From Eledone cirrhosa (taxonomy: Eukaryota), in NCBI GenBank assembly GCA_964016885.1, contig OZ024743.1:154132001-154196000 (forward strand): a stretch of DNA of 64,000 nucleotides, given 5' to 3'. Both the position numbers and the translations under genes were made by a program. The notes beneath the pieces were generated by a model. The model saw only the letters and a program-made list of their open reading frames with translations. It searched no databases and had not been told where the DNA came from. This document shows, one piece after another, positions 13,471 to 23,965 of the stretch; the first letter of the stretch is position 1; each line of letters opens with the position of its first letter.

Positions 13471-14689
13471 AGAGTTCTTAACACGTTGGATTGATAATGT
13501 TTTTGAAAAAACTAATTAACCTGAGTGTATATTATTTTTTTCTTTTCTCGTGTATCGTGGTTGTCTCCCCTTCCCGCTTCGTTACGCTATGAAACTTCCT
13601 CAGTCAAAAAACTGCTGGGATTTCAAATTTGGCGGTCATTCGATGCATGAGGGAGCGGCTTAGCAGACACGATTCTTAACTGCGGTAAGAATTTTTTCTT
13701 ATATCAAAGTTTAATGGGCTTCCACTGAAGAGTTATAAGTGCCCACCTAAATATATTCTTACATGAATATATGTTAGACTTCTACATAAACTGGAAACAT
13801 TCTCCCAATTTGTAGAAAACTTATAATGAAACAATTGTTTGGAAAGAGAGATATACTTTAACTTTAATTATATCTCATAAAATAATACAACTGGCTTTCC
13901 ACAAAATACATATAGTTAGCACCCCAAACACATAAATTGGGTTATACTAACATATAACCTAATGTTTGTTGAGTGAAATGGTTACCAGTCGGAGTTTAGC
14001 CTTAAGCTATCTCTGTTATTGTATTAAATATATTTATATATATATATGTTTATATATGTATATGTTTGTATGTATAAATGTCAACATTGTATTATTTATA
14101 TTATATTTAAATATATGTATATTAAAAGTTGATACAATGTTTTTTGTTGAATATGTATTGATCACAATCTCTGTTGTAGTCAACTCATAAAAAAATATAT
14201 TGAAGTAATTTTTGTTGAAACACAACTCCCTCAAATTTCAATGTTTACATTTGTTATTTGTCTACTCAAATTATCTTTTGAAGAACATTAATGTATATCA
14301 ACTAAAAATATTTTATTTTTAATATAGTGTTATGTTAAATATTTAATCTTATTCTATTTATGATTTAAAGTATAATCTTATTTTCTGAAGAGAACTGCTA
14401 TTGTTATTTGAATATTCTTATATATTTACTATTGAAACAGTAGCATGAATCATTAGATTTATCATTTAGAAAAGGGTCATATAGAATCTTCAATTATAGC
14501 AAAATACACGGAAATAAATATTTCATAATGCTATACCAGTAATTTCCCACTGCATATGTAATAATTCCTATACAAGTGTTAATACTAATTTGACTTCCTG
14601 AATACTTATAACATATTTCATTTATATAATGAATAACTGTGGGGGTGCATGTAGTAAAATAATCAACAATAAGAACAAAACTGCCCTGT

Positions 14690-15420
14690 CTTTGTCAGCC
14701 ACTTTAATGTCACTTGATCAGCATTTAGTAATGTGTTCTTTTATTCACTCATGGTATATACTAAATATTTAGATTAAGTAGCCTTGAACTCCATCTAATC
14801 CAGGAGACTTGAAGTTGCTATTCTTATTTCTGGTTTCCTTCATGTCTCTAGCTGAAATGACTACTTCTGTCTGTTGTGGGCAAACTGTTGTTTGTTTAAG
14901 CTCTTCTATCCATTGAAAGTCCTTCTTGTGTTCCTCAATGTTCCAAATGTCGCTCCAAACCTTTTGACCTTCAATGTTATCCGTTATAATCACTACATCT
15001 GCACACTCTCCATTTATTTCTCAATAAAATCTCTTTTTGTCTACTCTGAATTGTCTATTTTGATGATATTGCTTTATTCTTTGTTTGTATTTAACTATCT
15101 TTGCTTTTTTTTGATGTGAAACATTGCTTGAGTTCTTCCATTACTACATTTAGTATTTTTCTTTCAATGTCATACAGTACTCTGTATTTTCCTTTTCATT
15201 TTGAAGTACTCTCCCTTTTATTTTCGGACTAAGACATAAATATCCTTCAAGAGGGTATCTATAAAGACCTGTTTTCTCCTTTATCACCATGATGCTTGCT
15301 CACCATGAGGCTTGCTGAATTTATCAGGTCATTTGTTTCTGTGATATTATTTGTTTTGATGTATTTCAGAACTACATTCACCTTATATGTTTCTTGGTTC
15401 AGCTTGCATTGGTCAACCTT
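14690..15420 (-). mobile_element. R4/Dong-type non-LTR element, N-terminal fragment
   Basis: WSDIWNIEEH..., NFKSPGLDGVQGY, homologous to NWKSPGPDSVQGYWIK of the 23966-26380 copy. Confidence 0.75.
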
Positions 15421-15461
15421 TATGATTATTATAATAATAATTATTATTATTTGGTTATTTG

Positions 15462-15625
15462 GTATTCGGTAGACCGTTGGACACCGTGTTTTGCGACAGA
15501 GAGTTATGGCACTTTACGTTCTGAGTTCAAATCCTGCCGAGGTTAGCTTTGCCTTTCATCATTAAAATAATGTACCAGTAATGCACTGGATAATTGCTGG
15601 CCTCATGCTAAAAGTAGAAACAATT
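15462..15625 (+). mobile_element. tRNA-derived SINE (OK/OR-like), internally deleted
   Basis: GAGTTCAAATCCTGCCGAGGTTAGCTTTGCCTTTCATC...GTAGAAACAATTATT. Confidence 0.85.
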
Positions 15626-15639
15626 ATTTTTATTGTTGG

Positions 15640-17270
15640 TCAAGATCAGTTTGTTTGCTGCGAGCGACATATTTGCCATGCCGTGGTTTCTGATCCCATT
15701 TTGATGATAATTGCTCTTGCCCTATTGCTTTTGCCATTAATTTTTATTTGCTTAGCAGCATCAATTGCAACAGTATCCTTTGCCTGTCCAACCCGAGGAT
15801 CAAGCATGAGATCAGTAGCATATTTGTTGCTCTCCCTCCTTCAAGATAGAATGAAGCTTCCTATTCCTCTCTTGTTTTTCAACAAATTTCAGCAAACAGT
15901 CGTTTGTTGTTTTATGGTATTTGGACAGTCCAATAGTGGTGGTCTTGCAGTTAAGTTCAAATGGGATCAAGCCACGACCTCCTTGAGTTCTAGGAAAGTA
16001 AAGATGATCCGCATATGCTTTTTGGTGGTGCATCCTATTACAAGTCAATAACATACATACGTTGGTGTCAATTCTTTTAATTTCACTCATATTCTAGTTA
16101 AAAAGAATTAAAGCCATACATGAAAACTGGAACTGCCAAGGAATTGATGGCTACCATCTTGTTATGGGCATTTAGTTCTGATCTCAGAACTGCACGTTCT
16201 CTCCTGTAACATTCCTTCCTTATCTGCGCTTTCATACTTGTATGCTGAATGCCAGAACCCTCATCAATCCCTAGGTATTTATATATTTGTTCCTGCTCAA
16301 GTTCCTTCATGACTGTTTCAGCATCTAATCCAACTGAGTTTGAGTTGACAAAATTACCCCTCTTGAAAGTGGCTTTAGTGCACTTTTCAAGTCAAACTCC
16401 ATCCTGATGTCATCACTAAATGTTTTTACTGTCTGCAAAAGGCCTTCCAGCTCGTCATTGTCTTTGCATTATAGCTTTAACTCATCTATATAAAATAGGT
16501 GGCTTATCTTCTTGTTGTCAATTTTTCAACCATACCCTGTTCTTTTAAGTTTGGTTATAAGGGGTATTAAAGCTATGCAAAAACGTAAGTGAGAAAGTGA
16601 GTTACCTTGGAAAATGCCACGGTTGATATTTATATTCTTAGAACTTAGTACTCCATTGGAATTAAATAATTGGATATTTGTGTTCCACAAAATAATTGGA
16701 TATTTGTGGAAAATGCCACAGTTGATATTTATATTCTTAGAACTTAGTACTCCATTGGAATTAAATAATTGGATATTTGTGTTCCACAAAATAATTGGAT
16801 ATTTGTGTTCCACAATGACATCCAGGTAAAGAATCGGAGGAGAGTTTCTGCCACAGGAGGATGTTTTGATCTCAGGCTGGCACCTTCCTGAGGGATGGGC
16901 TTCCTGATTAACCATAGGCCAAACGATTTGGTGTCCTGTATTAATTGTGTTTCAGGAAGGTTCGCAGGTGAGATTTCGTAGATGTCCAGTGATTTAAGAA
17001 TCTATGAGTGCTGTATTCAGTCAAAAGCTTTTTTGTATCGATCTATGCAGAACTGAGATTTCTATGTTTATTATGACAGTTCTCAAGGATCATACGATTA
17101 AGAAAGTGTTTATCTTTACAACCATATGAACCTCGTCGGCATTGTTTATGTTCATTGGGGAAAAGATTATTTTCCTCCCAAAACACATATGCTTTTTTCA
17201 TGAGAATAGAGGTTAATAGCTTATAAGTGGTGGACAAGCAGGTTATGGGCCGATGATTTACGTAATGCAT
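15640..17270 (-). mobile_element. R4/Dong-type RT fragment, rearranged
   Basis: HRPITCLSTTYKLLTSI, RGSYGCKD, RGIFQGNSLS, YKYLGI, LYFPRTQGGRGL. Contains a 99-bp tandem duplication and a 130-bp insert. Confidence 0.85.
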
Positions 17271-17299
17271 AGTAATATGCGTATGTTACTTCTTCATAC

Positions 17300-17870
17300 T
17301 TTTCTCGGGTCCATTTCATCCTTTTACATTTTTCTTTTTAGGGTGACTTGAGTGGGGGGATCTGGGGCAATCCCTGTTCATGTGACCATCCAGGTAAAGA
17401 ATCGGAGGAGAGTTTCTGCCACAGGAGGATGTTTTGATCTCAGGCTGGCACCTTCCTGAGGGATGGGCTTCCTGATTAACCATAGGCCAAACGATTTGGT
17501 GTCCTGTATTAATTGTTATTTGTTCTTCCCACAATACATACTTACTCACGCATGGAATAGGAAGTCCATAGAATGTTTCCCGGCTCTTTAGGTGGTGCTA
17601 AGTTTGGCCAACAATGAAATCATTATTACCATTATAACAACAGTATAGTTATGGCCATTGCACTTGTTGATTGGGTGATATTGTTATGGCTGGAGCTGTA
17701 AGAGGTGTAAGAGTCGTGTTGGTTGTGGTAGTGGGGGTAGTGATGTTAGAGGTGGGGGTGCTGAGAGTAGTAGTGGGGAGAGTAGCATTGTAGATTATTG
17801 GAGTTGCTTTTCCAGTATTATGTTCTATTTTGTAAATTCATAGTTTTCTTGTTGTTCTTGAGTGTAAGGT
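17300..17870 (-). mobile_element. Possible LINE ORF1-like relic
   Basis: Thr/Pro-rich segment followed by GHMNRDCP (half of a CCHC knuckle). Confidence 0.3.
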
Positions 17871-18165
17871 ATACGTGGGCTGATAGTAGGTTTTCGTATG
17901 TTGTGGCTATTACATGAGTTTCATACACATATATAAATATATATTCATATATACATTATTTTTATTATCATTGTGGTTATTATTACTGTCATTGTTTTTC
18001 CTTTTCCTTCAGTATTGTTTGCGTTATATGTCACGTGTTTTCCTAACACCTAGGGAAAATAAACTCAGTGTATATATTGGTAAGCCAGTTAACACACCAC
18101 ATTGATTATAATTTACAGCTGAAAAAAATAAATTCACATATACATACATACATACACACACACAT

Positions 18166-18201
<36 letters not shown>

Positions 18202-18202
18202 T

Positions 18203-18402
18203 TTATTTTATAGAAGGAGCTTCTACAGGACTAGTACTGTTTCATTCAGATGAAATCTTCAGGAAGCTCCTGCAGATTTCATCTGAATGAAACAGTACTA
18301 GTCCTGTAGAAGCTCCTTCTATAAAATAATTTTTTTTTTTACTCTGCCATGTATTGAGTACCTTACTTACTGTGGTTATCCCCGACTCAACCCGGGACCT
18401 AC

Positions 18403-18403
<1 letters not shown>
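18203..18403. mobile_element. Fold-back mini-element (Penelope pLTR-like) in (TA)n
   Basis: 62-bp inverted arms 18203-18264 / 18268-18329 with one mismatch, plus a unique tail. TA tracts on both sides. Confidence 0.8.
18216..18270 (-). ncRNA. Type I hammerhead ribozyme motif
   Basis: GGAGCTTC-CTGAAGA-tTTCatctGAAt-GAA-ACAG-tactagtc-CTGT-A-GAAGCTCC: 8-bp stem I, 4-bp stem III, GUA site. Confidence 0.85.
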
Positions 18404-18449
<46 letters not shown>

Positions 18450-18977
18450 CACACACAGATACAAATATGTACATATACCTATACATATACATACACATAC
18501 ATACACATATATTAATAACATATATCCATGTACACACACATATACACACCTCCACACATAATCACTAGGAGGGATATCATTCTCACAGAGATAATGCCCT
18601 TCTCAACACGTGTGAAGTACCAGTCAAAACCATTTTTTGCACCTCTATTATTATTATTGTTGTTGTTATGATCTATATATCTAAAACAGAGAATGTCTGT
18701 CTGTCTGTCTGTCTGACTCCCTAAAACTCGAGAACCACCCAACCGATGATTTTCAGACTTTACACATGTGATACTTATGGTGGTGTGAGTGATTTGAGCA
18801 AAGAATATTTCAAATGTTCAATGCTCTAGGGACCGCATTAGGCGATTTAGCGATCTCTCCCTATAATTATTAGTCTTTCCTTTTAGATAGATACATAGAT
18901 ATAACGTTGCCCCCTTATAATATCTGTCTGTATGTCTGGCTGTCATCATTATGACATTATGACATCGCTATCTGTGT

Positions 18978-19029
<52 letters not shown>

Positions 19030-19674
19030 GGGGTAACAGATTATTGTTATAAGTAGTTCACTTAAGTGTAGTCTAGTTATGGTACTCCGGGTAGTGGATG
19101 ATATCAACGCTTGGCTAAGTTTGACTCAACAAGGCGTTTCCATAGTGATGTTGCGAGTACGCTGTAATTCCTATGTTGTAAACACTTGGAGTAATGATAA
19201 ATCAGGAAAGAAAAGTGACACGGTTTGCTATACAAAAATGGTTTTTAATCTCATTGCTGACAATTGTTTCTCTGAACTGGAAGGTCTAGAGATCGCTACC
19301 CGCTTGTTTTCATGTCAATTTTATACATCTGCCTCATGTCAGCTAGTTTTACACGCTAAAATCGTAGATATACCACACTTCCCACCTAGATTGATGTTGT
19401 GATTATTTCAAATAATTGATTGCTAGCCTTGTTAGTATCGTTGTTATTGTTCTGATTGAATGCCATTACTAATATATATAGTAGCCATGCCTGTATATAC
19501 CTTACATTCTCACAAGCTCCAATGAATTGACTGGTTATAAATTTGTATTGGTGATCGAATAACGTGAAAGCAAGCGGGTAGCGATCTCTAGACCTACCAG
19601 TTCAGAGAAAGAGTTGTCAGCAATGAGATTAAAAACCTTTTTTCTATAGCAAACCGTGTCACTCTTCTTTCCTG

Positions 19675-19680
<6 letters not shown>
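19030..19680. repeat. Inverted-repeat element in (TA)n
   Basis: ~119-bp arms 19197-19315 / 19562-19680 with a ~245-bp spacer. Confidence 0.85.
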
Positions 19681-19712
<32 letters not shown>

Positions 19713-19824
19713 TGTAACGTTTTTCGAAATATTTACTTCTGCGTTTACAGATTGATTTTTTTAGTTTCAGAAGATCCCGTTAATGGTGAAAGCAGTGATC
19801 CTTTGCTTTAACTTTAATCTGTTA

Positions 19825-19910
<86 letters not shown>

Positions 19911-19913
<3 letters not shown>

Positions 19914-22655
19914 ATTCTTTCGAACAGGACTTAATGAAAATGATAACCGGAAATCAAATTTACAAACGGAAGGAAAAACGAACTGCAACGAGATATTAAA
20001 ACTCTACTCGACAACCTAAGGAATACCAAAGGAATTATCATAAAGGCAGACAAAACATCGAATCTATACACCCTGGATGTAGAAACATATAATAATTTTA
20101 TACGTAAGGAATTACATAGGAAGTACAAAAAAACAAACGCAACTACACTAACCAACATTAATAACGCAGCATGTGATATTGTTAAGAAACTGAAAATTGA
20201 CGACAGAACGGTACCCCTATCTCCAGCTACACCGACTTTTAATCTGAAGGACCATAAGGATAACTTCGATACTAACCCTAAAATTAGATTAATATGTCCT
20301 TCAAAGTCCGATATAGGTAGAATTAGTAAGTACATATTAGATCGTATTATCCCCCAAGTTAAGGCTAAGGTAGATATTAAATTATGAGGTAATACTCATC
20401 AGGCAATAAGATGGTTCAATAACATTAGGGATAAAAACAAATCTTCTTTTATTCAATTCGATATAGATGAATACTATTCCTCTATTTCACCCGAAACCCT
20501 GCATAAGGCCCTCTCTTTCGCTAAGACTAACTCGGACCTCACAAACGAGGAAATTAATATTATACTTGAAGCTAGACGCACAGTAGTGCACTTTGAAAAT
20601 AGTTATTGGGTCCGCAGAGATAGACCCTCGGAATTCGACATTACGATGGGTTCTAATGATTCGGCGGAGGTCACGGATCTGGTTGGGATCTATATAGCCC
20701 ATATACTCCAGAGCGAATTTATGGACCTCCACGGCGGAATATACCGCGACGATACACTTCTATTAGTCAAGAATATGAACAAACAAAACCTAGAAAGGCG
20801 ACGTAAAAACATTAGGAAACTTTTCTGAGAACTAGGACTTAATATTACCTTCGAACACAATCTTAAGGTGGTCAACTTCTTGGATGTCACCTTCAACCTT
20901 AATAACGGTAATATAGAGCCATTTCACAAACTTAATGAAAATCTCAAGTACGTTAATGTAAAATCGAACCATCCTCATTCCATTATTAAATCTATCCCTA
21001 AAAATATATCCATAAGGATCTCCCGACTGTCGTCTAATTTGCAGACCTTCAACGGGCATGCTGAATAGTATAATGACGCACTTAGAAAAGCTGGTTACTG
21101 CGAGAAAATAGAATATCTAGACGATAACCACACAAGTACTATGAATAAAACACATCTAAGTCGAACTAGTATTGCACCACACACACACATCAATAGGCAT
21201 ACTAATAGGTGCAAACAAGCAAATAGAGTCAGACGTAGAGAGTACATATGGTATAACCCCGTGTACAATTTTTCTATTAGTACTAATATTATCTCACAAT
21301 TCTATACACTAATCAATAAACACTTTACAACTTCACATAAATACTATAACATCTTTAACTCGCGCACCATTAGACTCTCATACTCCACTGCACCTAACAT
21401 AGAACAACTAATTAAAAAACTCAACTCAGCAATACTGAATAAGTACATCCCTAATGACTCAGCGCACCAGCATAGCAACATACTAAGCACTAACACGCAA
21501 CTACAACCCCACCAAACTATCCAGGATTCTACTGCAAAACATAAAAATAATTGTAACTGCACCAAACCAGGTAGGTGCCCACTTAATAACCAGTGCCAAG
21601 CACGCAATATTGTCTACCGATGTACAATAAATTCCGGAACCAACAAATGGTATTACGTCGGATGTACTGCAACTTCTTTCAAGGCTCGCCTATACCAACA
21701 TCGATCTTCGATCAGGCACGAGAAAATGCGCTCCGTAACAACCCTCGCCGATAAAGCCTGGCAGCTCCGGAGGAACATTCAAGCATTCTCCCTTGATTGG
21801 CAAATTATAGCAGCTGCACCTGCATATAAGCAAAATCATCGATTCTGCAAGTTATGCAATTTGGAGATATACTGCATTTTAACGTCGGTAAACAAACTTT
21901 TGGGACAGCAAAATTAAACGTTCTCTATACTGTAACCATAGTTTGAAAACGACTTTTTCTTTTTTAAATGCATATAATGTTACCTTTTTACACCACCGTT
22001 TGCATATTTCTGTTTTATATGTTTATACACAAGATATGGCTTTCTATAATAATAGTACTAAACACTCTTTTCTGGACGCCTTTAGAAATAACCTGCTACT
22101 ATAATAGCCCCAATAACTTGTCTGTGACACTGTACCACTTTGACCCCTTTAACTAAATTTTGTCCGAACAACACCACTAGAAGAATTTACTTCCCCCGCC
22201 AACCCTAACAGGCCTCATTAAGCTAACTGGTGCCAAACATTCTCTCCTTACAATCTCTACTAGTCTGACAGTCTTAAATCCTAAGACTCCCTCCACCTTA
22301 CTCACTTCCCTCTTCCTCTTCTCTTCCTACCTCCTTCTTTATCTTTTATCTAGTGTATAAAATATTTTCATATTCCAATACAAAGGTCTGACGACATGGT
22401 GTGTTTTCTTACAGTGTACCTTCGGTTATGATAATATTTTTATATTATTCAAATAGCGAGGTATAGGTAACCCATACACTATAGAAACAATTGTTACCTA
22501 ATAAATTCTGTATACCCGCATTTCCATTTCATAAACTACTTCTCCATATTTTCTCCGGATTTTAAAACACACTTTATTATACGTTGAGCAATCTCTGACG
22601 TCGGTTGACTCCATCCAATGCAACTACTTAGTAATATTGGAATACAAATTTACTA

Positions 22656-22661
<6 letters not shown>
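19911..22661 (+). mobile_element. Penelope-like element, Naiad-like (RT + GIY-YIG), 5'-truncated, with nonsense codons
   Basis: IKADKTSNLY, LKDHKDNF..NPKIRLICPSKSDIG, FIQFDIDEYY, FDITMGSNDSAEV, GIYRDD, CNC..CPL..C, NIVYRC..YVGCT..FKARL..H. One frame with stops at 20385, 20826 and 21066. TA tracts on both sides. Confidence 0.9.
22384..22499 (+). ncRNA. Type I hammerhead ribozyme in the PLE 3' region, extended stem II
   Basis: AGGT-CTGACGA-[89-nt hairpin]-GAAAC-AATT-GTT-ACCT, then AATAAA. Confidence 0.8.
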
Positions 22662-22689
<28 letters not shown>

Positions 22690-22690
<1 letters not shown>

Positions 22691-23586
22691 GTGGAGAAAT
22701 AAATGTAGGACAACAAACCATTAAAACATGTTTATTTAAAACAGCACCTAAGTACGTTTCGCCCGAATGGGCTTCTCAAGGGCATAAATAACTAAAAAGT
22801 GTTCCGTACATGGCTCGGAATGGGTTTTTAGAGATAAGATCACGTCAGAGTTCATTCTTCGTAAAAAAAAACATGTATTGATTTTGCAGTAGGTCAAAGG
22901 AGATATCTCTGGCCGGTGTTAGTGCAGTCTTTTCCGGACAAATTTTTTATCCGTTACCAGTATGTGGCTACAAACTTACCATTGTCGATACGCACAGTGA
23001 CAGGAATGCAACGTTTGTTTCGAGACGTTTGTTTGCAGCGCCTGTCCACCTGGGTCGATTCATGCTGGGTCTGGGATGCATGGTTAGCTTCCGGATGTTT
23101 TTTGCAGCGCCTGCCCGCCTGGGTGATAAAGATTGGTGCAGGGAGACCCTGTTTACGGTTTCACTGCTCGTTCTTATTTCATCTGGAATAGGATACTTTT
23201 AAGCGGTGTGTTCAGCTTACTGTCGTTTCACCTCTGCTGTTGATGAGCTCGTGGGGTGCCGTTATGGTGGGGTAGAGCTCCTTGAGGTAAAGCTCGCACT
23301 TCCTCTTGAAGTTGTACGGTGCAGCCCTGCCGGCAATTTCCTGTTGCATGGAGAAGCTGATGTTTGAGTCTTTTAATGCTGTGATGTAGTTCGCAAGCGA
23401 AGTGGAGTGTCTTAGTTTCCTGTTTGCGAAAGAGTGGAGATGTGTTCGAAATCTAATTTTGAACGGGCCAGAGGTAGCCCCTATATAATGTTTAACGTTA
23501 TTATAGCTTGTTACGGTGCACCTATATATAACTCTATGAGTCAACCAGTTCACGCTAAGGGGCAGTATGTCCTGTCGCGGCATTGC

Positions 23587-23590
<4 letters not shown>
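22690..23590 (-). mobile_element. Second Penelope-like (Naiad-like) 3' fragment: GIY-YIG + pLTR
   Basis: VIYRCTV..YIGATSGPFKIRFRTH..STSLANYI..KCELYLKE. TA tracts on both sides. Confidence 0.85.
22744..22784 (-). ncRNA. Degenerate hammerhead (U3-A8 core variant)
   Basis: GCCC-TTGAGAA-GCCCattcGGGC-GAAAC-GTAC-TTA-GGTGC. Stems I and III carry mismatches. Confidence 0.55.
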
Positions 23591-23620
<30 letters not shown>

Positions 23621-23778
23621 GTGTAGAGGTATATTTGCATACACAATAACAACAAAATATAAACAAACGTATTTATTTCACGAGGTTCGATAAGGATAAA
23701 TATATATCGAATATATAAGAACCCTAGCGCAAATCCCGAGCAACGCCGGGCCATTCTGCTCGTTATTATTATTATTAT

Positions 23779-23898
23779 CTGAGTTCAAATCCCGCCGAGG
23801 TTAACTTTGCCTTTCATCCTTACGGGGTCGATAAAATAAAGTACCAGTAATGTGCTGGGTAATTGCTAGCCTTGTGCCTAAAGTAGAAACTATTATTA

Positions 23899-23950
<52 letters not shown>

Positions 23951-23964
23951 TATTATTATTATTA
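23779..23964 (+). mobile_element. 5'-truncated SINE (OK/OR-like) with long (ATT)n tail
   Basis: Matches family core. ATT tract at 23891-23964. Confidence 0.9.
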
Positions 23965-23965
23965 T

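Larger units (their letters stand above)
18672..23762 (+). mobile_element. Non-autonomous Helitron carrying nested Penelope-like insertions
   Basis: 5' A|TCTATATATCTAAAACAGAGAATG(TCTG)n. 3' hairpin CCCGAGCAACGCCGGG (23735-23750) then CTCG|T (CTAG variant). A|T target. Confidence 0.7.

Noticed and set aside
13540-13605. Hammerhead-like CTGAGGA...GAAGC on the minus strand, with similar weak hits at ~14385 and ~19768
   Set aside because: Core or stems too degenerate to distinguish from chance.
16660-16815. CRISPR-like 24-bp direct repeats
   Set aside because: The intervening sequences are themselves duplicated, and the context is a eukaryotic retroelement with no cas genes.
19911-21917. Selenoprotein-type recoding, as reported for some Naiad PLEs
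   Set aside because: The in-frame TGAs (20385, 20826) fall at Trp/Arg-type positions, a TAG is also present, and the CCHH/GIY-YIG cysteines are ordinary Cys codons. This is simple decay.
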